Below are positions 63,541 to 64,000 of a stretch of 64,000 bases of DNA, piece after piece. Position numbers and translations under genes: made by a program. A model generated the notes under the pieces. It was not told the DNA's origin, did not search any database, and worked only from the letters and a program-made list of their open reading frames with translations. This DNA comes from Rhodosorus marinus CCMP1338 (taxonomy: Eukaryota > Plantae > Rhodophyta), in assembly GCA_029953675.1 (NCBI GenBank), contig JAMWBK010000007.1, positions 930,001 to 994,000 of the forward strand, in the 5' to 3' direction. How positions within the stretch are numbered: position 1 is the stretch's first letter; the number at the start of each line of letters is the position of its first letter.

Positions 63541-64000
63541 CTCCTCATTCCCCGGCATTCCCCGGACAGTATAAACTTACTGTTTATCCCCTTCCACATA
63601 ATATATTTACTCCATATACACGCTATCACGCGAATTTGGTCGAACCCCTAAAAGAACAGCCCAAATCGTCTATTTTTACAAAAGCCTCGATTTCAAATAC
63701 GAAAACCCCTTTCCAAAGTTCATCATCTAAAAACTATCTAAAAACATGTAATTCGGTGGCAACCAACCAAAAGCAAAGGGCTACTAGCCCCCTCAATCTT
63801 GTCCCACGTCACCAGTTATGACATATCCACTGAAAATCATTTCCCAAAGGATAAACGTTTTTGAAAACCCTTCTTTTTGACCCTGATTTATCGAAATCAA
63901 ATGATTAATTTTTTTTTGCTATTCTTTCACAGTATGGTCTAAAAACTTCCAAAATGCAAATCCACCCCCGAGCCTTACAAAAACATCCATAAAATGATTA

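Overview
This is eukaryotic nuclear DNA with short GT-AG introns. It is probably a red alga (inference): several genes carry N-terminal extensions with an early Phe, e.g. MAFV or GFV, typical of rhodophyte plastid transit peptides. The left half (1-32 kb) holds housekeeping genes: KEA3 K+/H+ antiporter, a plastid-type ABC ATPase, a GBP2-like two-RRM protein, RPS7, two head-to-head ARF1 paralogs, GPAT9, a DUF2993-like protein and two single-RRM proteins. These are interspersed with a ~400-410 bp tandem array and Gypsy/RLE remnants. The right half (34-64 kb) is an accessory block built on an old segmental duplication. Each copy carries a gene with an MLKL-like N-terminal four-helix bundle, a TKL-type kinase, a 44-aa extended ankyrin-like repeat array (15 vs 30 units) and a C-terminal CCVVM (CaaX) motif. 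The repeats have near-identical scaffolds, variable surface codons, fixed terminal units and a reshuffled core, which resembles a diversifying innate-immune/cell-death receptor family. The block also holds a near-full-length CRE-like non-LTR retrotransposon with restriction-like endonuclease (RLE), fragments of at least three RLE families, a Copia fragment with a fold-back junction, and a tRNA-Leu head fused to an RLE tail (SINE-like chimera). All family assignments come from motif recognition; no database search was run.
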